Source: Cuniculiplasma divulgatum (GTDB lineage Archaea; Thermoplasmatota; Thermoplasmata; Thermoplasmatales; Thermoplasmataceae). From it: a DNA stretch of 32,000 bases. The DNA lies in the NCBI RefSeq assembly GCF_900083515.1, contig NZ_LT671858.1, positions 1,830,001-1,862,000 of the forward strand, written 5' to 3'. Positions 16,164 to 24,438 of this stretch are shown here, piece after piece. The number at the start of each line of letters is the position of its first letter. Within the stretch, counting starts at the first letter, position 1. Under the pieces are notes generated by a model. The model made no database searches. It was not told the DNA's origin and saw only the letters and a list, made by a program, of their open reading frames with translations. The position numbers and the translations under genes are program-made.

Positions 16164-16341
16164 AAGCTGAATCCAGAATATACGTATCCATAAAAATAAT
16201 CTATTTATTCTTTCAACGGTCAAATATTACCGTGATTATTGCCATGGGTCAGTAACAATATTTAGTGAGTAATCTTTTGGAAGTCAGAAAAGATTTACGA
16301 TTAAGAGTTACCTGTTCTACCAGATACTCCCTATCAAAACT

Positions 16342-16527
16342 TTAGAACATTGACTTTTTTATTGCGCCTTCCACTTTCTTCTGAAGGTCAGGTGTTATTT
16401 CTGTTATGTTATGAGCAGTTTTGGCATGCTCAACAATTTTTGGCATTAACTCTTCCTTTGACTTTGCGTCTGTTTTGAAGCCGCATTCCATTCCTATATC
16501 TGCACATGCAAATTTATATTTCGCCAT
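16342..16527 (-). CDS. DUF1059 small metal-binding protein
   Basis: MAKYKFACADIGMECGFKTDAKSKEELMPKIVEHAKTAHNI fits the DUF1059 pattern (C.d.G.dC.f......eEl......Ha...H) at 61 aa. Confidence 0.8.
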   Translation of the reverse strand: MAKYKFACADIGMECGFKTDAKSKEELMPKIVEHAKTAHNITEITPDLQKKVEGAIKKSMF

Positions 16528-16673
16528 TGTTATCTAAATTCTATTACTATTTAATATTTAAAATTAATGATTTTAAATTTTTTAATATCTATTTAAAACA
16601 ATTTCAAATCTTAAACACAGTCACTATTTTAACTTATAATATTATAAACGTTTTTTACAATCATGTGAAAAAA

Positions 16674-17606
16674 TTAGATGCTTAATTTATTGCTTTTGGC
16701 TTTTCCATTTCTTATGCAACTTTGGCAGTAAGGTCCGTTTGATGGATTACCGCATATCAGGCATTTCTCTGTTAAAATTATTTCTTCTTGCTTTATTTCA
16801 TGTTTCTGAAGTTTCTCTAGAAAACCCTCTATGGCTAGCTTAGTTCCAGGACTATTCTCCTCTATTGAGTTGAGAAGTGACCTTACCTTATTTCTCTGTG
16901 CTTCCATTGCATATGGACACCATCCCATGTCGTGCTCTATGCCTTCAAGTATGGCATATAGCTTAACCTCCTTTTCATATATTTTCCTGAGTGGTATTAT
17001 CCTTGGTACCAGTCCCTGGATTCTGTTTTTGTGTGGAGCCATCCTTAGCATTTTTTCATAATCCCCCCTGAGTACATTCATCATTATGCTTTGAGAATAA
17101 TCATCAAGGTTTATCCCAAGAGCCACGTAATCTGCATTAAATTCCTCAGACATCCTGTTCATTAAATCCCTTCTCATAGGGCCACAATACGCACATGGTG
17201 AACCCTGAAGATTTCCAGATCTTACAACCTGATCCATTTCTGTGTTAAAACTGCCACTAAATGTAATAACCTCATGCGAGATTCCAAGCTTATTGCAGAG
17301 TTTCTCTGCTGTTTTAAGACCCTCACTTCTGTAACCTTCTATACCCTCATCTATGGTAAATGCCTTAAGAACAACATTTTTTTTCTTTTGCATTGTTTTC
17401 CATAAGAGATATAGTAGAACGGAACTATCCTTTCCACCCGATATGGCAACTCCTATTGTTGTATTTCCATTGTTGAAATGCACCTGCCTGCGTATCTCCT
17501 GCTTGAACCTTCGCTCTACACTTTCTACGAAATGAAATTTGCATAGAGAAGATCCTGTTGGTTTACTTTCAAAAACCGCAGTTTGTTCACACTTTGAGCA
17601 TTTCAT
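16674..17606 (-). CDS. tRNA 2-thiolation PP-loop ATPase (TtuA / NcsA / Ctu1 family, Fe-S dependent)
   Basis: It has an N-terminal Zn finger CSKC...CKFH, the PP-loop GVAISGGKDSSVL, cluster cysteines CAYCGPMRR and WCPY, and a C-terminal finger CLICG...CQSC. ATG at 17606..17604 shares one nt with the trpS stop. The track's GTG at 17609 is an alternative start. Confidence 0.9.
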   Translation of the reverse strand: MKCSKCEQTAVFESKPTGSSLCKFHFVESVERRFKQEIRRQVHFNNGNTTIGVAISGGKDSSVLLYLLWKTMQKKKNVVLKAFTIDEGIEGYRSEGLKTAEKLCNKLGISHEVITFSGSFNTEMDQVVRSGNLQGSPCAYCGPMRRDLMNRMSEEFNADYVALGINLDDYSQSIMMNVLRGDYEKMLRMAPHKNRIQGLVPRIIPLRKIYEKEVKLYAILEGIEHDMGWCPYAMEAQRNKVRSLLNSIEENSPGTKLAIEGFLEKLQKHEIKQEEIILTEKCLICGNPSNGPYCQSCIRNGKAKSNKLSI

Positions 17607-18901
17607 CACTCATTCTCCATATAATCCTTAATGAGATGTCGTGAATTTTCTCTCTTTTCTTTTAACTCTATAAGGAACTGCTTCATTAGTTCAGATGCCT
17701 CAATCTTACATGATCCACACAGCCTGACGCCAGATTTACACTCTTCTTCAACCTTTTTCAAATCTTTATCTTCCCTTGATAAATGATACATGTAAAGCTC
17801 AAAAACAGGGCATATATATGGATTTCCGCCTAGCTTCTTCTGTTCTTCCACACTTTCTCTTCCCCCTGTAAGTGCCCGCCTGATCTTTTTATCAGCTTCC
17901 ACCGTTGTGTCATTTAGGGATATGGTCGAGTCAGGAACGGATTTGCTCATTTTTCCCCCGCGGATTCCAGTCTCAAGCCTCATAATCATTGAGGATGGTG
18001 CAATGGTTGCATTTACATTAAGACTTCTTTCCATTTTCGCTATTTGCAATTCCAGTTCATAGAGATCGCCTTCAAAGTTCTCAACCTCTGCTGTTCTGTA
18101 TTTAGCGTTTTTTCTGCTTATTTTGAATTTGAGTTTTTCTGAAATTTTACCAATTATCTGGAAAACCGGTTCAGGAGGATCATTACCGCCTATGGAAAAC
18201 ATGAGGCCGTTTCCATTTTTTTTCACCTTGATTATATCCATCCTTCCACTTATATCCCTTGTGAGCCTTATATGCGGGTCCTGATCAGCACCAACTGGGA
18301 CTATGGTTGGCATTGGCTCCCCATATATCTGAGGGCTCAGTATGTCTGATGCCTGTATAATTGGAGAATTTAATTCCAGCATCCTCTTTGATTCATCAAA
18401 ACCATAGATTGCCTTCATCTCAGAGAATGTTACCTCCTTCGATAATACGAATGCAAATTTCTGTACCCTGGAGTTTGTGGACTGGAAATAGAAATGGCAT
18501 TTCTTAAGCCCAAGAGCAATGTAATTGAGAAGGAAGTTCTCTATGGCTATGGACCTTGCCTTTTCCAGAGATATATTTCTGGTTGCATATGATTCCAGAT
18601 CTGCAACGGCAATGTAAACTTCTGCCCCCTTCTGCTGGAAATAGATCATCTGTTCTATAATGGCTTTGCTGCCCAGGTGCATATCTCCAGAGGGCATCAG
18701 CCCTGTCATTGCTGCAAATTTATCCTTTCTTTCAATTGCTTCCCTGATCCTCCAGAAGTCTCTCTGTCCAACTATGAGATTCCTTCTTGCCATTTTGTTG
18801 TCGTTGAGATCGAAGTTGAATGGCTCTATGCCGAACTCTTCCCGCATTTTTTTATAATCTTTTACCTGCAAAGATCCCCAGGGATCAAGATTTGAATCCA
18901 C
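17606..18901 (-). CDS. trpS: tryptophan--tRNA ligase, archaeal/eukaryotic type, with an extra insertion and a 4-Cys motif
   Basis: GTG start. It has the N-terminal DPWGS..DYKK..EFGI block, a HIGH-equivalent PSGDMHLGS, GADQDPHIRLTRD and KMSKS. At 431 aa it is longer than typical archaeal TrpRS. Confidence 0.88.
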   Translation of the reverse strand: MDSNLDPWGSLQVKDYKKMREEFGIEPFNFDLNDNKMARRNLIVGQRDFWRIREAIERKDKFAAMTGLMPSGDMHLGSKAIIEQMIYFQQKGAEVYIAVADLESYATRNISLEKARSIAIENFLLNYIALGLKKCHFYFQSTNSRVQKFAFVLSKEVTFSEMKAIYGFDESKRMLELNSPIIQASDILSPQIYGEPMPTIVPVGADQDPHIRLTRDISGRMDIIKVKKNGNGLMFSIGGNDPPEPVFQIIGKISEKLKFKISRKNAKYRTAEVENFEGDLYELELQIAKMERSLNVNATIAPSSMIMRLETGIRGGKMSKSVPDSTISLNDTTVEADKKIRRALTGGRESVEEQKKLGGNPYICPVFELYMYHLSREDKDLKKVEEECKSGVRLCGSCKIEASELMKQFLIELKEKRENSRHLIKDYMENE

Positions 18902-18911
18902 GTTAATCAGC

Positions 18912-19823
18912 TCAGATTAGTCCCATATTCTTTACAACCAGATAACCGGCAACTATGTCCTCAAGTCCAATACCCATTGTTTTGAATACAGATCTTCTTG
19001 ACTGTATTGGGCCTTCCCTTATGAAATCCTTAAGTTCCATAAGTTTCTCTGAACCGTTTACATCCTGGATCTCAGCGGATTCGAGCATTGCCTGCCCCAT
19101 GTGTTCAACAATTACAAGATCAGAGGATCTCATCACATCACTGCTTACCTCCCTTCTGTTAAGCAGGTTTGCCCCAATAAGGTTCATGTGATAATATTCT
19201 GGTGCATTCTTCTCTGTTATTACAGGGTCCTTGGCATTAGTGACGCTGTTAATCACATTATAATTTCTAAAATTTTCCCTGTTATTTTCGACCCTTATAT
19301 CCATGGAAAGTTTTTCCCTCATTTTCTTTGCAAATTCCTCAGCGTGTGCAGTTGTTCTTGAATAAACTGCAGCCTCATCCAGATCCAGAGCAATCTTCAT
19401 TGACTCGAGCTGTGTCTCTGCCTGATATCCTGAGCCTATAAGTAGAAATTTTACATCTGATTTATGATCCTTAAGTAATTTTCTTGAAACCATTCCCGGT
19501 AGAGCTCCTGTTCTCATCTGACCAAGACGGTTTGCCTCCACGACAAAAAAATTCTCAGGGTCCTCCGTAAGAGAAAACATTACAACAAATTTCGCCCCAT
19601 TTACCCCAGCCACATATGTTTTCAGCCCTGCGATTCCGTATTTATCTATGTATGCTGGCATTGTATTCAGGAAGGCAGACCCTGTAAACAACCTATCCCT
19701 GGGGCTTGCATCGGCCCTGCCCTCACCATATTCCACGAATGCATCCTCCAGTATGTCCATTAGTTCCTTCATTCTCAGGTTATTCTCTACATCCTTTTCG
19801 GTTATGAATTTCATATTTATCAT
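18912..19823 (-). CDS. ornithine cyclodeaminase / mu-crystallin family protein (archaeal alanine dehydrogenase-like)
   Basis: MPAYIDKYGIAGLKTY, the Rossmann segment LLIGSGYQAETQLESM and the C-terminal TMGIGLEDIVAGYLV. Its start overlaps the stop of the upstream gene by 4 nt. Confidence 0.85.
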   Translation of the reverse strand: MINMKFITEKDVENNLRMKELMDILEDAFVEYGEGRADASPRDRLFTGSAFLNTMPAYIDKYGIAGLKTYVAGVNGAKFVVMFSLTEDPENFFVVEANRLGQMRTGALPGMVSRKLLKDHKSDVKFLLIGSGYQAETQLESMKIALDLDEAAVYSRTTAHAEEFAKKMREKLSMDIRVENNRENFRNYNVINSVTNAKDPVITEKNAPEYYHMNLIGANLLNRREVSSDVMRSSDLVIVEHMGQAMLESAEIQDVNGSEKLMELKDFIREGPIQSRRSVFKTMGIGLEDIVAGYLVVKNMGLI

Positions 19824-21805
19824 TCCTCAATATTTTCCTTTATTATTTCTGAGATATCTCTTACCCTTATCTTGCTTTCTACATCCATGGTTCTTGTTGC
19901 ATCCTCCAGCATTGCCGTACAGAATGGGCATGCAACAGCAACTGTGCTGGCTCCTGTATCAAGTGCCTGTTTCATCCTTATTTTACTTATTGATTCCTCT
20001 TTTTCAACCTTGTACCAGTAGTTTCCTCCGCCACCACCACAACAGAAACTCTTACTCTTACTGTTTTCCATCTCCTTAAGATTTGATGTGCTATCAACGA
20101 TTAATCTTGTATTGTCGTATTCACCATTGATTCTGCCAAGATAACAGGGATCATGAAGTGTCACAGTTTCACTGCTGTTCCTTACTTTTATCTTTTCATC
20201 CCGTATTAGGTCAGCAAGAGCCTCAGAATGGTGTACCACTTCAGCCTTTAGTCCGAATTTTGGATACTCGTTTCTGAATGTGTTCATGCAATGTGGACAG
20301 GATGTTATTATTTTTTTTATTCCGTATTTATTGAATGTTTCTATGTTCTGGAGAACAAGTTCCTGAAATCTCCCCTCTTCTCCCATTCTTCTTGCCGTTT
20401 CACCATTGCATTTTTCCTCTGACCCAAGAAGTCCGAAGTTTACACCTCCTTTCTTCAGTAAATCTATTACATCTCTTGCGACCTTGTTATATCTTGGATC
20501 AAACGCTCCCATACATCCAACCCAGTAAACCGTGTCCATGCCTTCCTCCATCTTCTTCCCGTACTGAAGCATTGCATCCCTGTCTGAATTGTTGTTACCA
20601 AATGGGTTCATTGTATTTCCTAGATTATTGAGGTATGTTGATGTTTCTTTAGATAATTTATTGTCCATTACAAGGGTTCTTCTTGCTTCCAGATTATATG
20701 ACTGCGGATCTATAAGCACTGGACATTCTTCAACACATGCCTGGCATGTGGTACACGACCATGCTGCATTCTCACTTATTATACCGTCAATCATTGGTGC
20801 GTCCCCATTCCACAGGGCTCGCTGTATGTTCTGAACCACCACCCTTGGATCAAGATCTGTACCAGATGAAACTGCCGGACAGGCCCTCTCACATCTACCA
20901 CAGTCTGTGCATGCTATTGCATCCGTTTTCTGGAAATAACTAAGATCCATTATTGTCTTTGCCCCTACCTTAAAATCAAAATTCCCTGATTCCAGTGCCT
21001 CAGAAAGAATAAATGGAGTTGACATTTCTCCCCTCTTTTTTTCAGGATGAATCCCTATCCCAACTGCTGAGTAAAACATGTGTGATAATTTTGAGAATGG
21101 AAGGTAAGCAGCGACGCCGAATGCAGTCAGTACATGGGCAAACCAGAATATCCTGTAAATCTGAATGCCGTAGTTTCCTGTTACTCCCATTGGTGTATAA
21201 ATGTAGCTCAGTGGCCATTCAACAAACCTGTATACATCAAAGCTCTCCCTGTACAGAGCAATCTTGAGGGCTCCAAGGAAGAAACCTTCAAGCGATAGGA
21301 TGAGAAGTCCGGCAATTATGATGAAATCCTGGGTTATGGTATCTAGGGGCACCTTTTTCCTTATCCTTCTGAATAGTGCCAGTAAAAGCCCGGCTACAAG
21401 AAGAACTCCACCAAAATTCGCCCATACCTCAAAATTCAGGTAGAAATCACCTGTAAGTATGCCGAACCCCAGTATAGTCTTAAGAATATCATGGGATAGG
21501 GCAATAAGCGATGTTGCAATGAAAAGTATCAGGATTCCATAGAAGATCATCAGATGCATTATTCCAGCATACCTGTTTTTTATGTTTTTTCTGTGAAAAG
21601 CACCATAATTAAGAATCTGTGCGATGAATCTCCTGAGGTTTTTAAGAACATATTTTATTGCAGGAATTAATGTTACTCCTGCCTTTCTGTACCTGATGTA
21701 GAATTCTGCAAGGACAAATATAAGGACTGCAAAGGAAAGTACATAATCTGCAATCAGCTCACTTTCTGGTATAAATACAAGAGTTGGACTGGTGACGACA
21801 ACCAT
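19820..21805 (-). CDS. fused membrane-bound Fe-S oxidoreductase: NarI/HdrE/DsrM-like heme-b membrane domain plus HdrD/DsrK/GlpC-like domain
   Basis: The N-terminal ~250 aa have about 5-6 TM helices with conserved His (MHLMIFYG, FWFAHVLTAFG, LSHMFYS). Two ferredoxin motifs follow, CTDCGRCERACP and CTTCQACVEECP. Two cysteine-rich CCG domains are also present (WVGCMGAF...SCPHC and FCCGGGGGNYW...ACPFC). Confidence 0.85.
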   Translation of the reverse strand: MVVVTSPTLVFIPESELIADYVLSFAVLIFVLAEFYIRYRKAGVTLIPAIKYVLKNLRRFIAQILNYGAFHRKNIKNRYAGIMHLMIFYGILILFIATSLIALSHDILKTILGFGILTGDFYLNFEVWANFGGVLLVAGLLLALFRRIRKKVPLDTITQDFIIIAGLLILSLEGFFLGALKIALYRESFDVYRFVEWPLSYIYTPMGVTGNYGIQIYRIFWFAHVLTAFGVAAYLPFSKLSHMFYSAVGIGIHPEKKRGEMSTPFILSEALESGNFDFKVGAKTIMDLSYFQKTDAIACTDCGRCERACPAVSSGTDLDPRVVVQNIQRALWNGDAPMIDGIISENAAWSCTTCQACVEECPVLIDPQSYNLEARRTLVMDNKLSKETSTYLNNLGNTMNPFGNNNSDRDAMLQYGKKMEEGMDTVYWVGCMGAFDPRYNKVARDVIDLLKKGGVNFGLLGSEEKCNGETARRMGEEGRFQELVLQNIETFNKYGIKKIITSCPHCMNTFRNEYPKFGLKAEVVHHSEALADLIRDEKIKVRNSSETVTLHDPCYLGRINGEYDNTRLIVDSTSNLKEMENSKSKSFCCGGGGGNYWYKVEKEESISKIRMKQALDTGASTVAVACPFCTAMLEDATRTMDVESKIRVRDISEIIKENIEE

Positions 21806-21825
21806 ATTTATAGCTTATAATTGTA

Positions 21826-21835
21826 ATTTATATAA
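21826..21835 (-). promoter_or_regulatory. TATA-box candidate (minus strand TTATATAAAT) for CDS 19820..21805
   Basis: Centred about 26 nt upstream of the ATG at 21805. Confidence 0.4.
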
Positions 21836-21857
21836 CATTGTCTGAAAGTCGATAGTG

Positions 21858-21865
21858 TTTAAATT
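21858..21865 (+). promoter_or_regulatory. TATA-box candidate (TTTAAATT) for CDS 21889..22479
   Basis: Centred about 27 nt upstream of the ATG at 21889. Confidence 0.4.
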
Positions 21866-21888
21866 GAATAAGGATACCCTTTGTATTC

Positions 21889-22479
21889 ATGGAACCGGTC
21901 TCTTTTTCTGTTAATGGCGAGAATATAAAAATTTCAAGATGTCCTGGAGTTTACTTTCCATCCGATGACACATTTCTCATTCTTGATAAACTAAGACCAG
22001 AGGGAAGGTGTCTCGAAATAGGGAGTGGAAGCGGGATTATATCCATAATATTGGCAAGGAGAGGCTACTCCGTAATTGCATCTGATATTAATTCGGAAGC
22101 TTTAAGTTGCACAGAGTTGAATGCTTCCCTCAACGGTGTAAAATTTGAAGTTATACTTTCTGATCTGTTTGACGGGATTAGGGGTAAATTCGATACAATT
22201 ATATTCAACCCACCTTATCTTCCTGGAGAGGAAGAGGAGGCAAAAATTGAGGAGAGCGAGATGTGGTATGGAGGAACTGATGGTCTCACAGTAATAAGAA
22301 AGTTCCTCCACGGACTTCCTGACCACCTAAACAGAGGAGGGAAGTGTTATACAGTACTTTCTTCACTTACAGATATATATAGCCTGAAAAGAGAATTCAA
22401 TTTCTACAGATTTGATGTTCTGGAGGAAAAAAGTTTCTTCATGGAAAAAATCTTTGCCTACTCCCTTTCACTTATCTGA
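21889..22479 (+). CDS. HemK/Mtq2-like N5-glutamine (release factor) methyltransferase, archaeal short form
   Basis: VYFPSDDTFLIL, SAM motif I LEIGSGSGIISIILA, and the catalytic IIFNPPYLP (NPPY). Confidence 0.85.
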   Translation: MEPVSFSVNGENIKISRCPGVYFPSDDTFLILDKLRPEGRCLEIGSGSGIISIILARRGYSVIASDINSEALSCTELNASLNGVKFEVILSDLFDGIRGKFDTIIFNPPYLPGEEEEAKIEESEMWYGGTDGLTVIRKFLHGLPDHLNRGGKCYTVLSSLTDIYSLKREFNFYRFDVLEEKSFFMEKIFAYSLSLI

Positions 22480-23444
22480 ATACTACGGTAAAAATTCTTA
22501 ATTTCGCTATAAAATGTAGTTTCGAATCTATCTATGGTATATATCTCGTTGAAATTTTCTGAGAGGAATTCGGTTATATTATCTATCTCCTCCATACTTT
22601 CTCCGAATACGGTCAACGTAAGTGTGTGGGGGTAGTTCCCGTAATAGATTAGATTGTCCCTTATCAGCTTCTTTGATCTGAACCACCTTGTATATTGTCC
22701 CGTGTCTGCCTCAGGCACCATTATTGATATCTGCTTTGTTATAATATTTGGTATTTTTTTGAAATTGAATATTACCTTTCCTTTCACAAACCTGTTTTCC
22801 ACGATCATGTCAAGATTTTTTCTTGCTCTCTTTCTCGAGTAACTAAGTTCATCAGTAATCTCTTCAGTAGAAAAATTCTTTACGCTCTTGTATGCAATGC
22901 AGTTTACCAGGCGTATCTGACCCTGTGTGGGTGTTGTACTGACTTCTGAATATGGAAAATAGTTCATCATTTTGAATTCCAGGCCTGATTCACGAAATGC
23001 ATTTCCAATTTCATCCAGATTTTCCATCAGGTGATCCTCATTTGATATAAACTGAATATGTCCTATTTCGCTGTAATTCTCAACTCCCTGACTTTCCCTT
23101 TTCTTCTTCAGATAGTTGGATGAGTGAAGGATCTCAACGAATGGTAACTCCCCAAGTTTGTGCTCAACATCCTTCAGGTACTCAAATGGTAGCATTGCCA
23201 TTAGGTAATATCGTCTGAGCCCACCTGGAAAAACTTCTGGCATTATGATCATATCCTTTATGTACTCCTTTTCGAAGATCAGGTTCCACATCTTATATGA
23301 TGAATTTGCAGAAATGTTTATTTTTCTTGCTATCTGGTATGGTGAAGGAATTGATTTTATAGTGTTTTCTCCATCCTCTGGCCAGGAGGAAATTGCCTTC
23401 ATATATGACGATAAAAGTTTAACATTGTGAAGCATCATAATCAC
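22458..23444 (-). CDS. uncharacterised protein with two Lrp/AsnC-like units (HTH plus alpha/beta effector-like segment, twice)
   Basis: Unit 1 is SPYQIARKINISANSSYKMWNLIFEKEYIKDMIIMPEVFPGGL. Unit 2 is FSTEEITDELSYSRKRARKNLDMIVENRFVKGKVIFNF. Both follow the Lrp pattern S..eiA..l.iS...v..r...l.e...I. The call is from pattern reading only. Confidence 0.5.
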   Translation of the reverse strand: MIMMLHNVKLLSSYMKAISSWPEDGENTIKSIPSPYQIARKINISANSSYKMWNLIFEKEYIKDMIIMPEVFPGGLRRYYLMAMLPFEYLKDVEHKLGELPFVEILHSSNYLKKKRESQGVENYSEIGHIQFISNEDHLMENLDEIGNAFRESGLEFKMMNYFPYSEVSTTPTQGQIRLVNCIAYKSVKNFSTEEITDELSYSRKRARKNLDMIVENRFVKGKVIFNFKKIPNIITKQISIMVPEADTGQYTRWFRSKKLIRDNLIYYGNYPHTLTLTVFGESMEEIDNITEFLSENFNEIYTIDRFETTFYSEIKNFYRSIQISERE

Positions 23445-23469
23445 TATTTATTTACTAAAAAACCTGAGG

Positions 23470-23477
23470 TATATAAA
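23470..23477 (-). promoter_or_regulatory. TATA-box candidate (minus strand TTTATATA) for CDS 22458..23444
   Basis: Matches the consensus octamer. It is centred about 30 nt upstream of the ATG at 23444. Confidence 0.45.
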
Positions 23478-23736
23478 TATAATTATATCTGCCCATACAA
23501 TATGAATTGATTTTAAAACGTATTTACAAAGAATTGGTTAAGAATGGTAAACTGTCACCATAAAATTTGCACAAACATGGTAGAAATTAAAAATTGTACA
23601 GTATCGATCTAATCAAATAATTAAAAACTGCTTCCAGATCCTGTTTGTAATCACCAGCAAGTGAATGCATGTTTTTTATATGTTTAGATAACTTTAGACA
23701 AACAATATTAATACTATTATTTACTTTTATAAGTGC

Positions 23737-24399
23737 ATGATACTAAGCCGATTTAGACCACCTTCATTCAAGACATGCATAATCAGGTTTAAGATCAGCG
23801 AAGAGCTACTTGAGCCATCCCAAAGATCTAAGCTTCGGGGGATTTGCTATGTAAGTAACGGCTCTTATGTTTCCAGCATAAGGAAGAGGAAAGACGGAGA
23901 TCTAGATTACAACTTCTTTGTATCAAAATCAAAGGTTTCAGAGGGGAGATATTATTATTTCTGCAGGATATATTCAGGTAAACTTGTAGAGAATCTCAAT
24001 AAACTATTTGAAAATCAAACCATGATTAATGAATATGCAATATTCTTTGATGGAGCAATTCACATAAGGTTCTCTTTTTATGAAAAGTATTCACATATCG
24101 TTTCAAACTTTATAAAAGAAAATTATGAAAATGGTATAGAGGTAGTATATCTCGGAAATTTCACCAATGTTGATGCTGAAATGAAAAGTGAAGGTCTTGG
24201 ACTTAAGATCATAACACTCAGGATGGAAGTTCCCCAATACCTTCTGGAAACAGATCCAAGTACTTCTGTTAAATGGATACGATTTATAAGGAATTTTAAC
24301 ATGGAAAATTTCAACTCCCTGTATTTAATACAGAACAACGGTCTTAACAATATTCCGGACATGTTCAGAGCTGTTGATGCCAGTATTGGCCTTTATTAG
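23737..24399 (+). CDS. hypothetical protein (no recognisable motif); ends at a TAG that is in frame with the next ORF
   Basis: 220-aa ORF divergent from 22458..23444. It shows an alternating beta/alpha-like pattern (IIRFKISEELL, IHIRFSFYEKYSHIVSNFIKE, LKIITLRMEVPQYLL). Confidence 0.55.
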   Translation: MILSRFRPPSFKTCIIRFKISEELLEPSQRSKLRGICYVSNGSYVSSIRKRKDGDLDYNFFVSKSKVSEGRYYYFCRIYSGKLVENLNKLFENQTMINEYAIFFDGAIHIRFSFYEKYSHIVSNFIKENYENGIEVVYLGNFTNVDAEMKSEGLGLKIITLRMEVPQYLLETDPSTSVKWIRFIRNFNMENFNSLYLIQNNGLNNIPDMFRAVDASIGLY

Positions 24400-24438
24400 G
24401 GAGAAACAAGCAATGAAATAATTCAGGAGCTTGAAAAC

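Noticed and set aside
16225-16300. Possible C/D-box sRNA in the spacer downstream of the flavoprotein stub (gtgatta ... agtgagt ... tcaga)
   Set aside because: Neither strand has a proper C box (RUGAUGA) paired with a terminal D box (CUGA) at the right spacing.
15061-24399. Possibility that the in-frame TGA (15061) and TAG (24397) reflect an alternative genetic code
   Set aside because: TGA, TAG and TAA all terminate well-defined proteins at family-typical C-termini elsewhere in the window. TGA ends TrpRS, OCD, CbiA, EtfA and thiolase. TAG ends the MFS gene, the 6-TM protein and the Lrp-like protein. Stop reassignment is therefore unlikely.
24397-24399. Pyrrolysine at the in-frame TAG
   Set aside because: No pyl genes or methylamine methyltransferases are in the window. 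The gene content (P450, ETF/beta-oxidation, acid protease) points to a non-methanogenic acidophile. It cannot be formally excluded without the whole genome.
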